From Nitrospira sp. (lineage in GTDB: Bacteria > Nitrospirota > Nitrospiria > Nitrospirales > Nitrospiraceae): 64,000 bases of DNA. A program made the translations under genes and the position numbers. Shown here in pieces: positions 42,895 to 52,804 of this stretch (its first letter is position 1; each line of letters starts with the position of its first letter). The stretch covers positions 1,696,001-1,760,000 of the forward strand of contig AP038806.1 in the NCBI GenBank assembly GCA_047150005.1, read 5' to 3'. The notes below the pieces were generated by a model. The model was not told where the DNA came from. It saw only the letters and a list, made by a program, of their open reading frames with translations, and ran no database searches.

Positions 42895-45801
42895 TCAGGA
42901 GAGGCGCTCCAGTACAGCCACCGGGCAATGACCGAAGACTTGGCTCAATGAAAGGACACGGCGGCTGTTGACCGACTCGGCTGCGAAGGTTTCTCCGGTC
43001 AGAACATGGCGGTACTCGCCGAGTGTCGGCCAGGGGGGCACCGCTACCCAACTGTCTTCCCAAATGGAAGGCCCGATTGGGAGCTGTTTCTCGTCCGGAG
43101 CCAAGGTGGCAACCAGGCGAGGCACGACGGTCATGACGGCCTGTCGGTCGCGTACGCGGGCGAAGGCGCAGAGATGCCGCTTCTTGTTGCCGCCGCATTC
43201 AAGAGGCAGATAGTCGCCCAGTTGAAACAGCTCGGGACGATGCCTGCGCTGTTCCAGCCCGAGCATGATGGTGAGCAGCTTCACCCGCCCATCTTCCGGC
43301 TGCTCGAAGAGTGAGCGCACAAACGCCGCGCGGTCCGACCCGATCCGCTCGATCGTGGTGCGCAGCTCGTCAAGGGCCGAAGCTCTGACCGCATAATCCA
43401 CCGGGCCGCGGTTGTCCGGGTCGACCAGGTGGAAATTCCACACCTCGGCGCCCTGATACACGTCCGGAACCCCCGGGGCGGTAATCTTGAGCAGGACCTG
43501 TGCGATCGAATTGTAGAGGCCGTATTGTGCCACCCGGGCTTGGAACGGCAGGAAATCCTCGAGAAAGCGGTTGGCTGGGATGCGGTCCAGTACCGTCTCG
43601 ATGAAGCTCTGGAGCGCCTGGTCATAGGTCGGGCTGGGATTGACCCAGCTGCTGTGGATCTTCGCTTCGTGCACGGCTTTGTGCATGTAGCGCTGAATGC
43701 GGTCGCAGAAGGTTCGATAGGCCTGGTCGGTCAGCGGCTCAAGGGGCCATGCGCCGATCAACGTCTGATACAGGAGATATTCATCGTTGCGGTCCGGTAT
43801 CCGTTCTCCGTCGATTTCGCGGCGATGCGGGCGGTTCAGCCGGCTCCATCGGCCGATCCGTGATTTCCATTCCTGGGGCAACTCGGATAGCACGTTGATC
43901 CGTGCGCGCACGTCTTCACTCCGCTTGGTGTCGTGGGTGGACGATGCCGACAGACCGTGCGGCCAGCGGGCTTGCCGCTCCTTCATGCGTCTGTGGAATT
44001 CTTCGACCGACAAGCCGAACTGATCCGGATCGCCGCCGACCTCGTTGAGCGAGATCAGCCGGTGATAACGGTAGTACACCGTGTCCTCGACGCCCTTTGC
44101 GGTGACCGGGCTGGTGGTCTGCTGAAATTTCATGACGAACCGCATCCGTTCCTCGCGGTCCTCCGGTGTCCTGGCGTCCCCCTGCTTGAGGAGCAGGGAG
44201 CGGATAAAATCGAATACCTGCCCGTCGATCGCCGGATTGCGCCGCTTTGCCCGGGCGACGGCCATGTGGATGTAGGCTCGGTCACGGTCCGAGACCGGCT
44301 CCGGTCCGTCGGTAATGTAGGTTCGATAGACCGGAAAGCAGGCGATGATTTCCCGAATGGCATGCGTCAGGCTGTTCAAGGTGAAGTCCCGCGACCGGCG
44401 ATCCCGCTCCGATAGGACGTTGAGCTGATGCCCCAGGACGTTGATCTCGCTCGACATCGACACCTGCATGATCAGCTGCTTGCCCGCATAGACCAGGTCC
44501 TGGTACGCGTCCTCACGGCCGACGACTCTGGCATAGATGTCCGTGAACAGGCGTTTGTGGTCGACGGCGACGAACAGGCCGTTGACGTCGTTGAGAAATT
44601 CGTAGCCGGTCGTGCCGTGAATGGGCCAGGTGTCGGGCAGCGATTCGTCTTGGCCGAGGATCTTTTCGACGACGATATAGAAAAGGGATGCGTCGAGATC
44701 GCCGTCGTCCCGGTCTATCAGCTCACGCAGATGCCGGAGATACCGACCGGGATCATAGAGGCCGTCCACATGATCGATGCGGCATCCCCGCACGATCCCT
44801 TGTCGGATCAAGCGCAGCACCAGCTGGTGGGCCTCTTGAAACACCGCCTCGTCTTCGACGCGGATGGCGGCCAGCTCATTGATGTCGAAGAAGCGGCGAT
44901 AGTTGATTTCTTCCGACGCCACCTTCCACGACGCGAGTCGGTACGCTTGGTCATCCAGCAGTCGGTCCAGGAGGTTGAAGCTCTCCGGCCGGTCTCGTTC
45001 CCCGTTGAAGAGGCGAAGATTCTCCATCACGAACGTCCGCACCAAGGGGTGGTCTCCCAGCAGCACCGCCAGCCGTTTCTTGATGACCTCCTTCTCCCGG
45101 CTGCGTTCCTCGATCACTCTCGGGTCCCGCTCGTCCGGCCCCGGGAGATTTTTCAGAGCCGTGACGATGCTCTGCAGTTCCATCACCGGCATGTCCTGTT
45201 CGCCCTCGCGGACCAATTTGTCGAGTTGATACGACAGGAAGCTGACCCAGGTCTTGGGCGCCAGCGGCAATTCATGGTCACGGTAGCGCAGCAGGAAGGT
45301 GCCTTCCTCATAGGCGATCTGAATCTCCCGCCGTTCGAGCACCGCGCCGTATTGGTCGGCCAGGATCGGCAGCAGGACTTTGTTCTCCAACTCGCGCTTG
45401 ATGGGATGCCAGTCGATGTCGAATGCGGCAGCGTAGCGGGAGCCGGGGCCGTTCTCCAGGACGTCACGCCACCAGCCGTTCAGGGTCTTGCCGATTCCCA
45501 TGTGATTGGGGACCGTGTCGATCACGAGACCTAAGTTGTGCGACCGAACGGTTTCGACGAACCGGGTGAAGTCCTCCTCGGTGCCCAGATCGGGATTCAG
45601 GACGGCGGGGTTGATGACGTCGTAGCCGTGCGTGCTGCCGGGCATCGCCCGGTTGATCGGAGAGAGGTAACAGTCGCTGATGCCGAGCGCGCGCAGATAG
45701 GGGACGATCTCGCCGGCCTGGGCAAATGTGAAGCCGTAATGCAATTGCAGCCGGTAGGTGGCCAAGGGCAAGGACAAGGGCGAAGGGATGGACGACGGCA
45801 T
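42895..45801 (-). CDS. treY: Malto-oligosyltrehalose synthase
   Basis: [65 protein letters not shown]. Confidence 0.94.
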   Translation of the reverse strand: MPSSIPSPLSLPLATYRLQLHYGFTFAQAGEIVPYLRALGISDCYLSPINRAMPGSTHGYDVINPAVLNPDLGTEEDFTRFVETVRSHNLGLVIDTVPNHMGIGKTLNGWWRDVLENGPGSRYAAAFDIDWHPIKRELENKVLLPILADQYGAVLERREIQIAYEEGTFLLRYRDHELPLAPKTWVSFLSYQLDKLVREGEQDMPVMELQSIVTALKNLPGPDERDPRVIEERSREKEVIKKRLAVLLGDHPLVRTFVMENLRLFNGERDRPESFNLLDRLLDDQAYRLASWKVASEEINYRRFFDINELAAIRVEDEAVFQEAHQLVLRLIRQGIVRGCRIDHVDGLYDPGRYLRHLRELIDRDDGDLDASLFYIVVEKILGQDESLPDTWPIHGTTGYEFLNDVNGLFVAVDHKRLFTDIYARVVGREDAYQDLVYAGKQLIMQVSMSSEINVLGHQLNVLSERDRRSRDFTLNSLTHAIREIIACFPVYRTYITDGPEPVSDRDRAYIHMAVARAKRRNPAIDGQVFDFIRSLLLKQGDARTPEDREERMRFVMKFQQTTSPVTAKGVEDTVYYRYHRLISLNEVGGDPDQFGLSVEEFHRRMKERQARWPHGLSASSTHDTKRSEDVRARINVLSELPQEWKSRIGRWSRLNRPHRREIDGERIPDRNDEYLLYQTLIGAWPLEPLTDQAYRTFCDRIQRYMHKAVHEAKIHSSWVNPSPTYDQALQSFIETVLDRIPANRFLEDFLPFQARVAQYGLYNSIAQVLLKITAPGVPDVYQGAEVWNFHLVDPDNRGPVDYAVRASALDELRTTIERIGSDRAAFVRSLFEQPEDGRVKLLTIMLGLEQRRHRPELFQLGDYLPLECGGNKKRHLCAFARVRDRQAVMTVVPRLVATLAPDEKQLPIGPSIWEDSWVAVPPWPTLGEYRHVLTGETFAAESVNSRRVLSLSQVFGHCPVAVLERLS

Positions 45802-45817
45802 GGCGTCACGTCCGGCG

Positions 45818-47059
45818 TCACGAGGCTTGGCGAAGCCGGCCGGGCTCCGCGTCGACCGAGGGATGCGGCAGCACGACCAGGCCGGATTCCGACACGTGGA
45901 AGCGCGCGGCGTCCCGCTCCGGCTCATAGCCGATGCGGCTGTGTCCGGGAATCACGGCGCCACGGTCGGCGATGACGCGGCGCAGCCGGGCTTGCGGGCC
46001 CACATGGACGTCGTCGAGAAGGACGCACTCTTCGAGCCGCGCGCCCCGTTCGATGCGGACTCCTCGCCCGATGACGGATCGCCGGATGTCGGCTTCGACG
46101 CATTGGCTGGATTGTCCGATCATCGAATCGTCGATGCGGCTATGGATCAACGAAGGCATCGGTCCATCGTACCGGCCGGAGATGATCGGCCAATCGGCGT
46201 TACGTAGATCCAGGATCGGCGCTTCGCCGAGCAGATCCATGTTCGCTTGCCAGTAGGCATCCAAGGTGCCGACGTCGCGCCAGTAGCCCCGTTCCTCGTA
46301 GGTGCGAAGCCCCGGGATCCGGTTGTCGGATAGGTCATAGGCATGGACCAGATGATCGACGAGCAGCTCCGGCACGATATTGCGGCCGAAGTCGTGCGGA
46401 CCCTCGCGGGATGCGTCGCGTTTCAGCAGCGGGACCAGGGTCTCGGTGTTGAAGAGGTAATTGCCCATGGAGGACAGCGCGTAGCCGTCGCGGGCCGGCA
46501 TGGGTTTGGGGTGAGCCGGCTTCTCTTGGAACCCGATCATCCGTCCGCTCTCGTCGGTTTCCACGATGCCGAATCCGGTAGCCGCTTTCACCGGGACGGG
46601 CAGCACGGCGACGGTGACATCTGCCTGCGTTTCGAGATGACGGCTCACCATTTGGTCGATGTCCATTCGGTAGATGTGGTCCGCGCCGAAGACCGCGATC
46701 ACGTCCGGCCGAAAATCCGCAATGAGATTGAGATTCTGATAGATGGCGTCCGCCGTACCTTCGTACCACCCTTCGCGGGCCCGCATCTGCGGCGGCACCA
46801 CACTGACGAAATTGTCTTTGTTCCGGCCGCCGATCTGCCACGCGTTGCGCAGGTGCTCAATCAGCGATTGGGAGCGGTATTGAACAAGGACATGAAGCGC
46901 GGTGATGCCGGAATTGACGAAATTGCTGAGGACAAAATCCACGATCCGATAGGTCCCGCCGAATGGGACCGCCGGTTTGCTACGCACCTCTGTCAAGGGA
47001 AGCAGTCGCGAGCCCTTGCCGCCGGCCATGATCATGCCCAATACACGCGTCGATTTCAT
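45818..47059 (-). CDS. glgC: Glucose-1-phosphate adenylyltransferase
   Basis: MAGGKGSRLLPLT..RSKPAVPFGG.YRIVDF, GTADAIYQN, GADHIYRMD, YWRDVGT. Confidence 0.94.
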   Translation of the reverse strand: MKSTRVLGMIMAGGKGSRLLPLTEVRSKPAVPFGGTYRIVDFVLSNFVNSGITALHVLVQYRSQSLIEHLRNAWQIGGRNKDNFVSVVPPQMRAREGWYEGTADAIYQNLNLIADFRPDVIAVFGADHIYRMDIDQMVSRHLETQADVTVAVLPVPVKAATGFGIVETDESGRMIGFQEKPAHPKPMPARDGYALSSMGNYLFNTETLVPLLKRDASREGPHDFGRNIVPELLVDHLVHAYDLSDNRIPGLRTYEERGYWRDVGTLDAYWQANMDLLGEAPILDLRNADWPIISGRYDGPMPSLIHSRIDDSMIGQSSQCVEADIRRSVIGRGVRIERGARLEECVLLDDVHVGPQARLRRVIADRGAVIPGHSRIGYEPERDAARFHVSESGLVVLPHPSVDAEPGRLRQAS

Positions 47060-47140
47060 AGGTCGTGCCCCGCTGGTTCCCGACGTGGATGGCGCGCCGG
47101 TTTCATCCGGCACCATAGCAAGCTGTTGGGCGATCCCCTA

Positions 47141-47156
47141 ACTGGGAAATACCCTT
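47141..47156 (-). promoter_or_regulatory. Palindromic activator-like box upstream of glgC-treY
   Basis: Minus strand AAGGGTATTTCCCAGT, then 23 nt ending TGC, then TATGGT; a second similar box lies at 47125-47140. Confidence 0.55.
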
Positions 47157-47266
47157 GGCTAACGGGCGCGCGTTCCGGTATCTTGTGTCTGCAGGGGAGG
47201 CCACGACTACTACTCACCCCCCCGCCTCGGGACGCTGTATGATCTCCTCGCCTGGATTGAGGGGCC

Positions 47267-47282
47267 TAGGGAATCTCCCAGT
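47267..47282 (+). promoter_or_regulatory. Palindromic activator-like box upstream of BON gene
   Basis: TAGGGAATCTCCCAGT (identical to 825-840), then 22 nt, then GAAGAT. Confidence 0.6.
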
Positions 47283-47352
47283 AGGCTTCGCGAGAGGCGG
47301 CGGCGAAGATGGACCTCGCAGTCGTGAAATGATGCATCGGTAGGAGCCGGGA

Positions 47353-48354
47353 TTGGTTTCGTTGTCCGTGATAATCCGCAAAGCCGGAGCCGTTGGTTGG
47401 CTCGCGATCCTCTGTTTCGTGCTCCTATGGTGGCAAGTCCCCCGGCTTGAAGCAGCCGACAACAGCGACGAACGGTCAAAGGATTCAGGACCGGCCCCCG
47501 AATCGAAGAAGAAGCTGGAAGCGGACACCAAGACCGACGCGGGCGGAAAATCCCCACCCGAGGAGAAGGTCAAGGAAGAAAAGCCCAGGGCTGAAGACAA
47601 GAGCAAGACGGACGAGAAAGTCAAGGTCGAAGAGAAGGCCAAGACTGAGGAAAAGGCGAAGACCGAAGAGAAGGCCAAAACCGAGGAGAAGGCCAAGGAA
47701 GAAAAGTCCAAGGTCGAAGAGAAGGCCAGGACTGAGGAAAAAGCGAAGACCGAAGAGAAGGCTAAGGTCGAAGAAAAAGGGAAGGCGGAGGACAAAGCCA
47801 AGTCCGAGGACAAGACAAAGGTTGAGGAGAGAGCGAAGGTCGAGGACAAGGCCAAGCCGGAAGAGCCGGCACAAGCCAAGACGGAGGATCCCGGCAAGAA
47901 GCCGGTGACGTCACTCAACCTCACGATTAAGTTGGCGCTGATGGCGGATCCGCTGCTCTTTCCGTTCGATATCGAAGTGGAAATGGACAGTCGCAAAGCC
48001 GTCCTGAGCGGCAGCGTGCCGACGGAGGAGGAGAAGAGCCGCGCGGCCGATATCGTCAAGAAGATCGACGGCGTCGACGCGGTTGTGAACAAATTGACCC
48101 CCTCTCCCACTCTCCGGGCCTCGCTGGCCAAGAAGCAGGATGAAACGATCGCCCATCTCGTCCGGGATCGTCTCGCGCGCAGCGAGACCCTGAAGGCCGT
48201 GGGATTCGACGTGAAAGCGGAGAACGGCGTCGTGCTGTTGAGCGGCAAGACCCGGTTTCAGGTCATCGCACTGGAAGCGGCGGAAGCGGCCAGACACGTT
48301 CCCGGCGTTCGAGCAGTCAACACTTCCGGCGTGCAGATCATCGCAAAAGAGTAG
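47353..48354 (+). CDS. Dual BON-domain (OsmY-like) protein with K/E-rich repeat region
   Basis: N-terminal hydrophobic segment; two BON domains (IKLAL..LSGSV..GVDAVVNKL; LSG..PGVRAVN); start uncertain. Confidence 0.85.
   Translation: MVSLSVIIRKAGAVGWLAILCFVLLWWQVPRLEAADNSDERSKDSGPAPESKKKLEADTKTDAGGKSPPEEKVKEEKPRAEDKSKTDEKVKVEEKAKTEEKAKTEEKAKTEEKAKEEKSKVEEKARTEEKAKTEEKAKVEEKGKAEDKAKSEDKTKVEERAKVEDKAKPEEPAQAKTEDPGKKPVTSLNLTIKLALMADPLLFPFDIEVEMDSRKAVLSGSVPTEEEKSRAADIVKKIDGVDAVVNKLTPSPTLRASLAKKQDETIAHLVRDRLARSETLKAVGFDVKAENGVVLLSGKTRFQVIALEAAEAARHVPGVRAVNTSGVQIIAKE
47560..47860 (+). repeat. 18-bp tandem repeats encoding (E/D)EKAK(T/V) hexapeptides
   Basis: Roughly 16-17 degenerate GAAGAGAAGGCCAAGACC-like units. 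Confidence 0.8.
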
Positions 48355-48406
48355 CGGCCCCAAAACAGGCCCCATCGGAACTCATCTCAACCTTGCATGG
48401 GGGACC

Positions 48407-49723
48407 GTGTCAGTGCAGGACCGTTCGGTCCCTCTCACAACTCAACTCGGTCCGCGGCGCTGGCTTCTCAGCCGCGATTTCAGTCTGGTGTGGTGGGGCC
48501 AGGTCGTCTCGCAGGTCGGAGACGGCATCTCCAAGCTGGCGCTGCTGTGGTTCGTCTACTCCGTCACCGGCTCGCCGCTGAAGACCAGCGTCATCGGATT
48601 GCTGCAAACGGTGCCCGCCATCGTGTTGGCTCCTCTCATCGGTGTCGCCGTGGATCGACTCCCGAAGAAGATGCTGTTGATCCTGTCGGATCTCGTGCGG
48701 GCGCTCGTCATCGGCCTGATTCCCTGCTGGATGCCCGTCGATACCTTTACGGTCTCGGCGCTGTACGTGCTGGTGACCCTGCACGCCATGGCGACCGCCG
48801 TCTTCGGCCCGGCGCTTACCGCTTCCATCCCGTCGCTGGTTGCACCCGCCCAATACACCTCCGCCAACGCTTTGCTGCAGGTGACGACAAGCTTGGGGAT
48901 CATCATGGGGCCGGCCTTGAGCGGATTGGGCATCGCCGCCTTGAGTTCCCAGGAAGTCCTGTGCCTCAACGCCGCCACGTACGTCATCTCCGCCGCCTGT
49001 TTTCTCCCCATCCGGTTCGCGCCGTCTGTATCGAGCGGCGAATCTGATTCCCTTGCTTCGACCTGGGGCGACGTCATGGAAGGGTTCCTCTATGTGGTCA
49101 GAGGCCGGCCGCTGGTGCTGTTTCTCACCGCGACCGCGTCGCTGTATACCTTCGCGACGGCCGCGTTCACGACGCTGTTTCCCGTGTTTGCGAGAAAACT
49201 GCTGGACCTCGGGCCGGTCGAAGTCGGGTATCTGTGGTCGATGCTCGGGGTCGGGCTGCTGGGCGTGTCGGTGGTGCTCACCACGATCAGCGCCTGGGAC
49301 GTCAAACGTCGCCTGAAGATCATTGCCGTGGCAAGCGCCGCGAGTGGCGCCGCTCTACTGGCCTTGGTGTGGGCCGCACGTCCGGCGGCGGCAGCCGGTC
49401 TGCTCATTCTCCTGGGTGGTGGGCTCGGGGTGCTCACACCTATCGCGTGGGGAGTCCTGCAGGAAGTGACGCCTCCACACCTGTTGGGCCGTGTATTGGG
49501 GTTCTACACGATGGGAGCGATGGGCGCGGCCATGGGAGGGATTACGTTCTTCGGCTGGGTCACAGGCGAATACGGCGTGCCGGTCAGTATTACCGTCATC
49601 GGCTTGGTCATGGCCGGTACGGGACTTTGGACCGGTCATTTCCTAGGCCGAATGACCGAGCCAGCTGTGGCCCATATGGTCCCGCAGCCGATGGCCGGTG
49701 AAGGGGATACCTGTCAGTCGTGA
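48407..49723 (+). CDS. MFS transporter (DHA3/macrolide-efflux-like)
   Basis: DFSLVWWGQVVSQVGD, GVAVDRLPKK motif A, about 12 TM. Confidence 0.9.
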   Translation: MSVQDRSVPLTTQLGPRRWLLSRDFSLVWWGQVVSQVGDGISKLALLWFVYSVTGSPLKTSVIGLLQTVPAIVLAPLIGVAVDRLPKKMLLILSDLVRALVIGLIPCWMPVDTFTVSALYVLVTLHAMATAVFGPALTASIPSLVAPAQYTSANALLQVTTSLGIIMGPALSGLGIAALSSQEVLCLNAATYVISAACFLPIRFAPSVSSGESDSLASTWGDVMEGFLYVVRGRPLVLFLTATASLYTFATAAFTTLFPVFARKLLDLGPVEVGYLWSMLGVGLLGVSVVLTTISAWDVKRRLKIIAVASAASGAALLALVWAARPAAAAGLLILLGGGLGVLTPIAWGVLQEVTPPHLLGRVLGFYTMGAMGAAMGGITFFGWVTGEYGVPVSITVIGLVMAGTGLWTGHFLGRMTEPAVAHMVPQPMAGEGDTCQS

Positions 49724-50001
49724 CTGGAAGTTTGTATGGTCGGGCCTCTAGGGAAAGGTCCAGGTCGCGATCGAGCTGCAGCAGAATTGGTAAGACAAAT
49801 TGTCCTCATGGGGCGAAATAGTCTTGAACTTCACCGCCGATCGCCATGCTAACCCCATATGATAAAACGCAACGCCCTCTTGATCTGGGGGTGCACTTTG
49901 AGGCAAGGTCTGTGCATTTCACCTCGTCAGGATCCGACAGTGCGCATCTCGACAATCCGTCATCACCGACGATCAACCAACCCAGGACATGTGAACCTAT
50001 C

Positions 50002-51330
50002 ATGACGCGTCTCCCGAATGATCGATCCGATTCTTCCCCCGATGCTTCCGATGCGACGTCCAGCACACCGGGCTGGGGTCTGCTCAAGACCAAGAACTTT
50101 GCCCTGCTGTTCTGGGGACAGATGACGTCTCAGGTCGGCGATAGCCTCAACCGGGTCGCCCTACTCTGGTTCGTCTATCAATTGACCGGATCGGCCATGA
50201 AAATGGTCGTGATCGGCCTTCTGCAAACGATTCCGCCGCTTATCCTGGGTCCCTTGATCGGGGTTTATTTGGATCGAGTGGACAAGAAATCCGTCATGAT
50301 CAAGGTCGATCTGGCACGGACGTTTCTGGTACTGATGATTCCCGTGCTGTACGCGATCGGCGAATTGTCGCTCGAGCGGTTGTACGTGGCCGTGTTCTTG
50401 CTGGCTGTGGTATCGACGGTGTTCGGGCCGGCCCTCTCCTCTTCGGTTCCGCAGATCGTTCGTCGTGATCAATTGACCGCGGCGAACGCGTTACTCCAGA
50501 CCACCACGAACGTGGGTTTGCTTATCGGTCCCCTGATCAGCGGAATCGGGATCGCGTTGGTCGGGTCACAGAACGTCTTGTACGTGAATGCCGCAACGTT
50601 TTTCGTGTCGGCGCTCTGCCTCGTCGGCATCCGTCTGCAGCCCGTACCCAGGGAGGCGGGAGCGGAGGAGCCTGTGCGCGGAAGTTTGAAACAGGAGCTG
50701 ATGGCGGGGATTCGCTTCGTATGCTTCGATCAGTCCATGCTCGTCCTGATGCTGGCCGCCGCCCTCTACAGTTTGGCCGCGAGCGCCTTCGCGTTCATGT
50801 TGCCGGTCTTCGCGGAGCAGAATCTCAGCGCAGGCGCGTTGGAGTTGGGAGTGCTCTGGTCTGCCCTGGGCGCCGGCATGCTGGCGACGTCGACCTGGCT
50901 GGCCTCTCTGGCGCAAGGCGATCTGGCTCGCCGTTTCACCCTCATCTTCCGCTCGATGGTGGTCGGGGGTCTTGCCATGTGCGGACTCAGTTTGCTGACG
51001 GCTCCGTTGATCGCCGGAGCGCTGATTCTGATCATCGGCGGAAGCACGGCTTTGTTCATGCCGATCGTGTGGGGCGTGTTGCAGGAGGTGACACCGGCTC
51101 CGTTGCTGGGGCGCGTCTTTACGACGTTCAGCACCGGTTCCATGGCCTCGGCCATGGCCGGGATGGCCGGGTTTGGGTGGGCTGCCGACACGATGGGACC
51201 GCATGTCAGCTTGTTGGGGATCGGCCTTGTCCTGCTCGGCACTGCCTGCGTGGCGGCGTTGTCCAGCCGTCAATTCAGACGGATTGCCGGTCGTTACCAC
51301 ACACAACCGGCCGGGGAATTGGCGGTCTAG
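50002..51330 (+). CDS. MFS transporter, paralog of upstream gene
   Basis: NFALLFWGQMTSQVGD, GVYLDRVDKK; shares WGVLQEVTP..LLGRV with the first MFS. Confidence 0.9.
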   Translation: MTRLPNDRSDSSPDASDATSSTPGWGLLKTKNFALLFWGQMTSQVGDSLNRVALLWFVYQLTGSAMKMVVIGLLQTIPPLILGPLIGVYLDRVDKKSVMIKVDLARTFLVLMIPVLYAIGELSLERLYVAVFLLAVVSTVFGPALSSSVPQIVRRDQLTAANALLQTTTNVGLLIGPLISGIGIALVGSQNVLYVNAATFFVSALCLVGIRLQPVPREAGAEEPVRGSLKQELMAGIRFVCFDQSMLVLMLAAALYSLAASAFAFMLPVFAEQNLSAGALELGVLWSALGAGMLATSTWLASLAQGDLARRFTLIFRSMVVGGLAMCGLSLLTAPLIAGALILIIGGSTALFMPIVWGVLQEVTPAPLLGRVFTTFSTGSMASAMAGMAGFGWAADTMGPHVSLLGIGLVLLGTACVAALSSRQFRRIAGRYHTQPAGELAV

Positions 51331-51421
51331 CGCGGATCCGTTCGCGAGACACGCCAACCGTCTGACCTCTTACGTATCGACTTTTTCTTACTCCTTCTCC
51401 TTGGGCCCTGCCGATAGATCC

Positions 51422-51780
51422 TCACGCGGCTCGCTTGCGCAGCCGTTCGGTGTCCTCGACCCGGCGGTCAACGATGCGCCAATTGATGTTGGCGAAAAAG
51501 GCATCGATATACTGCGGCCGCTGAGAGGGGGCATCATCCAAGAGATAGGCATGTTCCCAGACATCCATGACGAGCACCGGCGCGAAGCCGGCAACGTTGC
51601 CGTGCTCATGTCAGGTGACCCAAGGGTTCGTGAGCCGGCCGTTGTCCGGATCCTGATAACAGATGGCCCAGCCGACGCCCCGCATTTTCCCCACGCTGGC
51701 GAAATCCGTCCTCCAGCGATCGAAACTGTCGAATGACGCTTCCGCCCTTCGGCGAAAGGCGGACGCTCCGTCCGGCTCTC
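51422..51780 (-). pseudogene. Fe/Mn superoxide dismutase, C-terminal remnant with in-frame stop
   Basis: Hand translation: SFDRWRTDF..MRGVGWAICYQDP..NPWVT*HEHG..LVMDVWEHAYLLD..YIDAFFANINW; TGA at 51611-51613; not in the ORF track. Confidence 0.85.
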
Positions 51781-51810
51781 GGATCGTTCGGTCGGGTTCT
51801 CATGACCGTC

Positions 51811-52242
51811 TCACCGAACCGGTGTCACGTCCGGCGTCGCAATCTCGAGGACATAGATCTGGGGACGTAACGTTTCTCCCTGATGATGAAAGTCCACGAG
51901 GGCATTGTGGTCGTTCAGCGTGATGACGACGAGCTCTCCCGGTTTGAAGGTGTGGCCCTTGTCCGTTGTCGGCTTCAATGGAATGTACAGTGCCTTCGGA
52001 TTTCCGATATCCACCTCCATTTGATTGCCTCGGATGTCCTTGACGTGGCCGGTGACCAGGCGGTTGCCCGCGAGTTGGGTTTTCGTTTGCTGGGTGATGA
52101 CCTGTTCGCGATTTCCGATCGGAACGGTCCCAGATGGGGACTCCCCAGCCGCCGGTTCGAAACCGGCTCCGATGGCCGCTCCGGCGCTCACTCCGACGGT
52201 GATGCCGACGGCGAGCACGCGTGCCACGTGGATAGTCTTCAT
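51811..52242 (-). CDS. Hypothetical secreted protein (possibly 3' truncated)
   Basis: GGAGG RBS, signal-like N-terminus, beta-rich GHVKDIRGNQMEVDIG. Confidence 0.6.
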   Translation of the reverse strand: MKTIHVARVLAVGITVGVSAGAAIGAGFEPAAGESPSGTVPIGNREQVITQQTKTQLAGNRLVTGHVKDIRGNQMEVDIGNPKALYIPLKPTTDKGHTFKPGELVVITLNDHNALVDFHHQGETLRPQIYVLEIATPDVTPVR

Positions 52243-52279
52243 GACGTGTCCTCCTCTCTCCTTCAGCTGATACCGAGAC

Positions 52280-52513
52280 CTATGGGCGATACTTCTCGAC
52301 GACCTCTGCCGGCCGAACCTGCGCACGATCGGGGTCTTGGCCCGCTGCACGAAGCGCGCGGCGCTGTCGCAATAGATCCCAGCATTGGTCGATTTCGATC
52401 TGGACCCGCCGTAGCCGTGAGTATTCTTCCTCTGAAAGGAATTCTTTCCCCTGCAGGCGATGGTTCTGCGACACCAATTCTTCGATCTGATTCAGTATCG
52501 TGCTGTCAGACAT
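52280..52513 (-). CDS. DUF2630 family protein
   Basis: IEELV...HRL..RL...IDQCWDLLRQRRALR.AG.DPD.A.VRP..VVE.Y signature. Confidence 0.85.
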   Translation of the reverse strand: MSDSTILNQIEELVSQNHRLQGKEFLSEEEYSRLRRVQIEIDQCWDLLRQRRALRAAGQDPDRAQVRPAEVVEKYRP

Positions 52514-52569
52514 GAGCGTCACCTTGGACGTCGATCCTCGGCCATCGATGCATCGCTCCCGCGACCGGA

Positions 52570-52770
52570 TTAGAGCGCGCGCAAGCAGGCCGTGAGCGCC
52601 TTCTTTTCCTCCGCATCCAACGTGAGACCGCCCACGAGGTTGAAGAACTCGACCGAATCCTCCAACGTCGGCAGTCGTCCGTCGTGGAAATACGGCGGAG
52701 AGTCCTTGAGGCTGCGCAGCACAAACGTCTTGATCGGCTCGTCCGTCATGGCGCGGAACCGCTCGACCTG
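52570..52770 (-). pseudogene. C-terminal remnant of a cytochrome c peroxidase-like protein
   Basis: Hand translation VERF..PIKTFVLRSLKDSPPYFHDGRLPTLEDSVEFFNL..EEKKAL..LRAL*; no CxxCH retained. Confidence 0.7.
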
Positions 52771-52804
52771 TTGTGACTATGGCGCATTCACACCGCGCGA
52801 GACG

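Noticed and set aside
47214..48248. Minus-strand ORF with FSSVLA repeats that looks like a membrane protein
   Set aside because: Reverse complement of the EEKAKT tract of the BON gene.
49749..49764. Eleventh box candidate TAGGGAAAGGTCCAGG upstream of the second MFS
   Set aside because: Reasonable sequence match, but no -10-like hexamer at 21-23 nt and ~240 bp from the start; left out of the core set.
51611..51613. In-frame TGA in SOD as selenocysteine or readthrough
   Set aside because: It falls at a non-Cys position, and the gene lacks its N-terminal half anyway.
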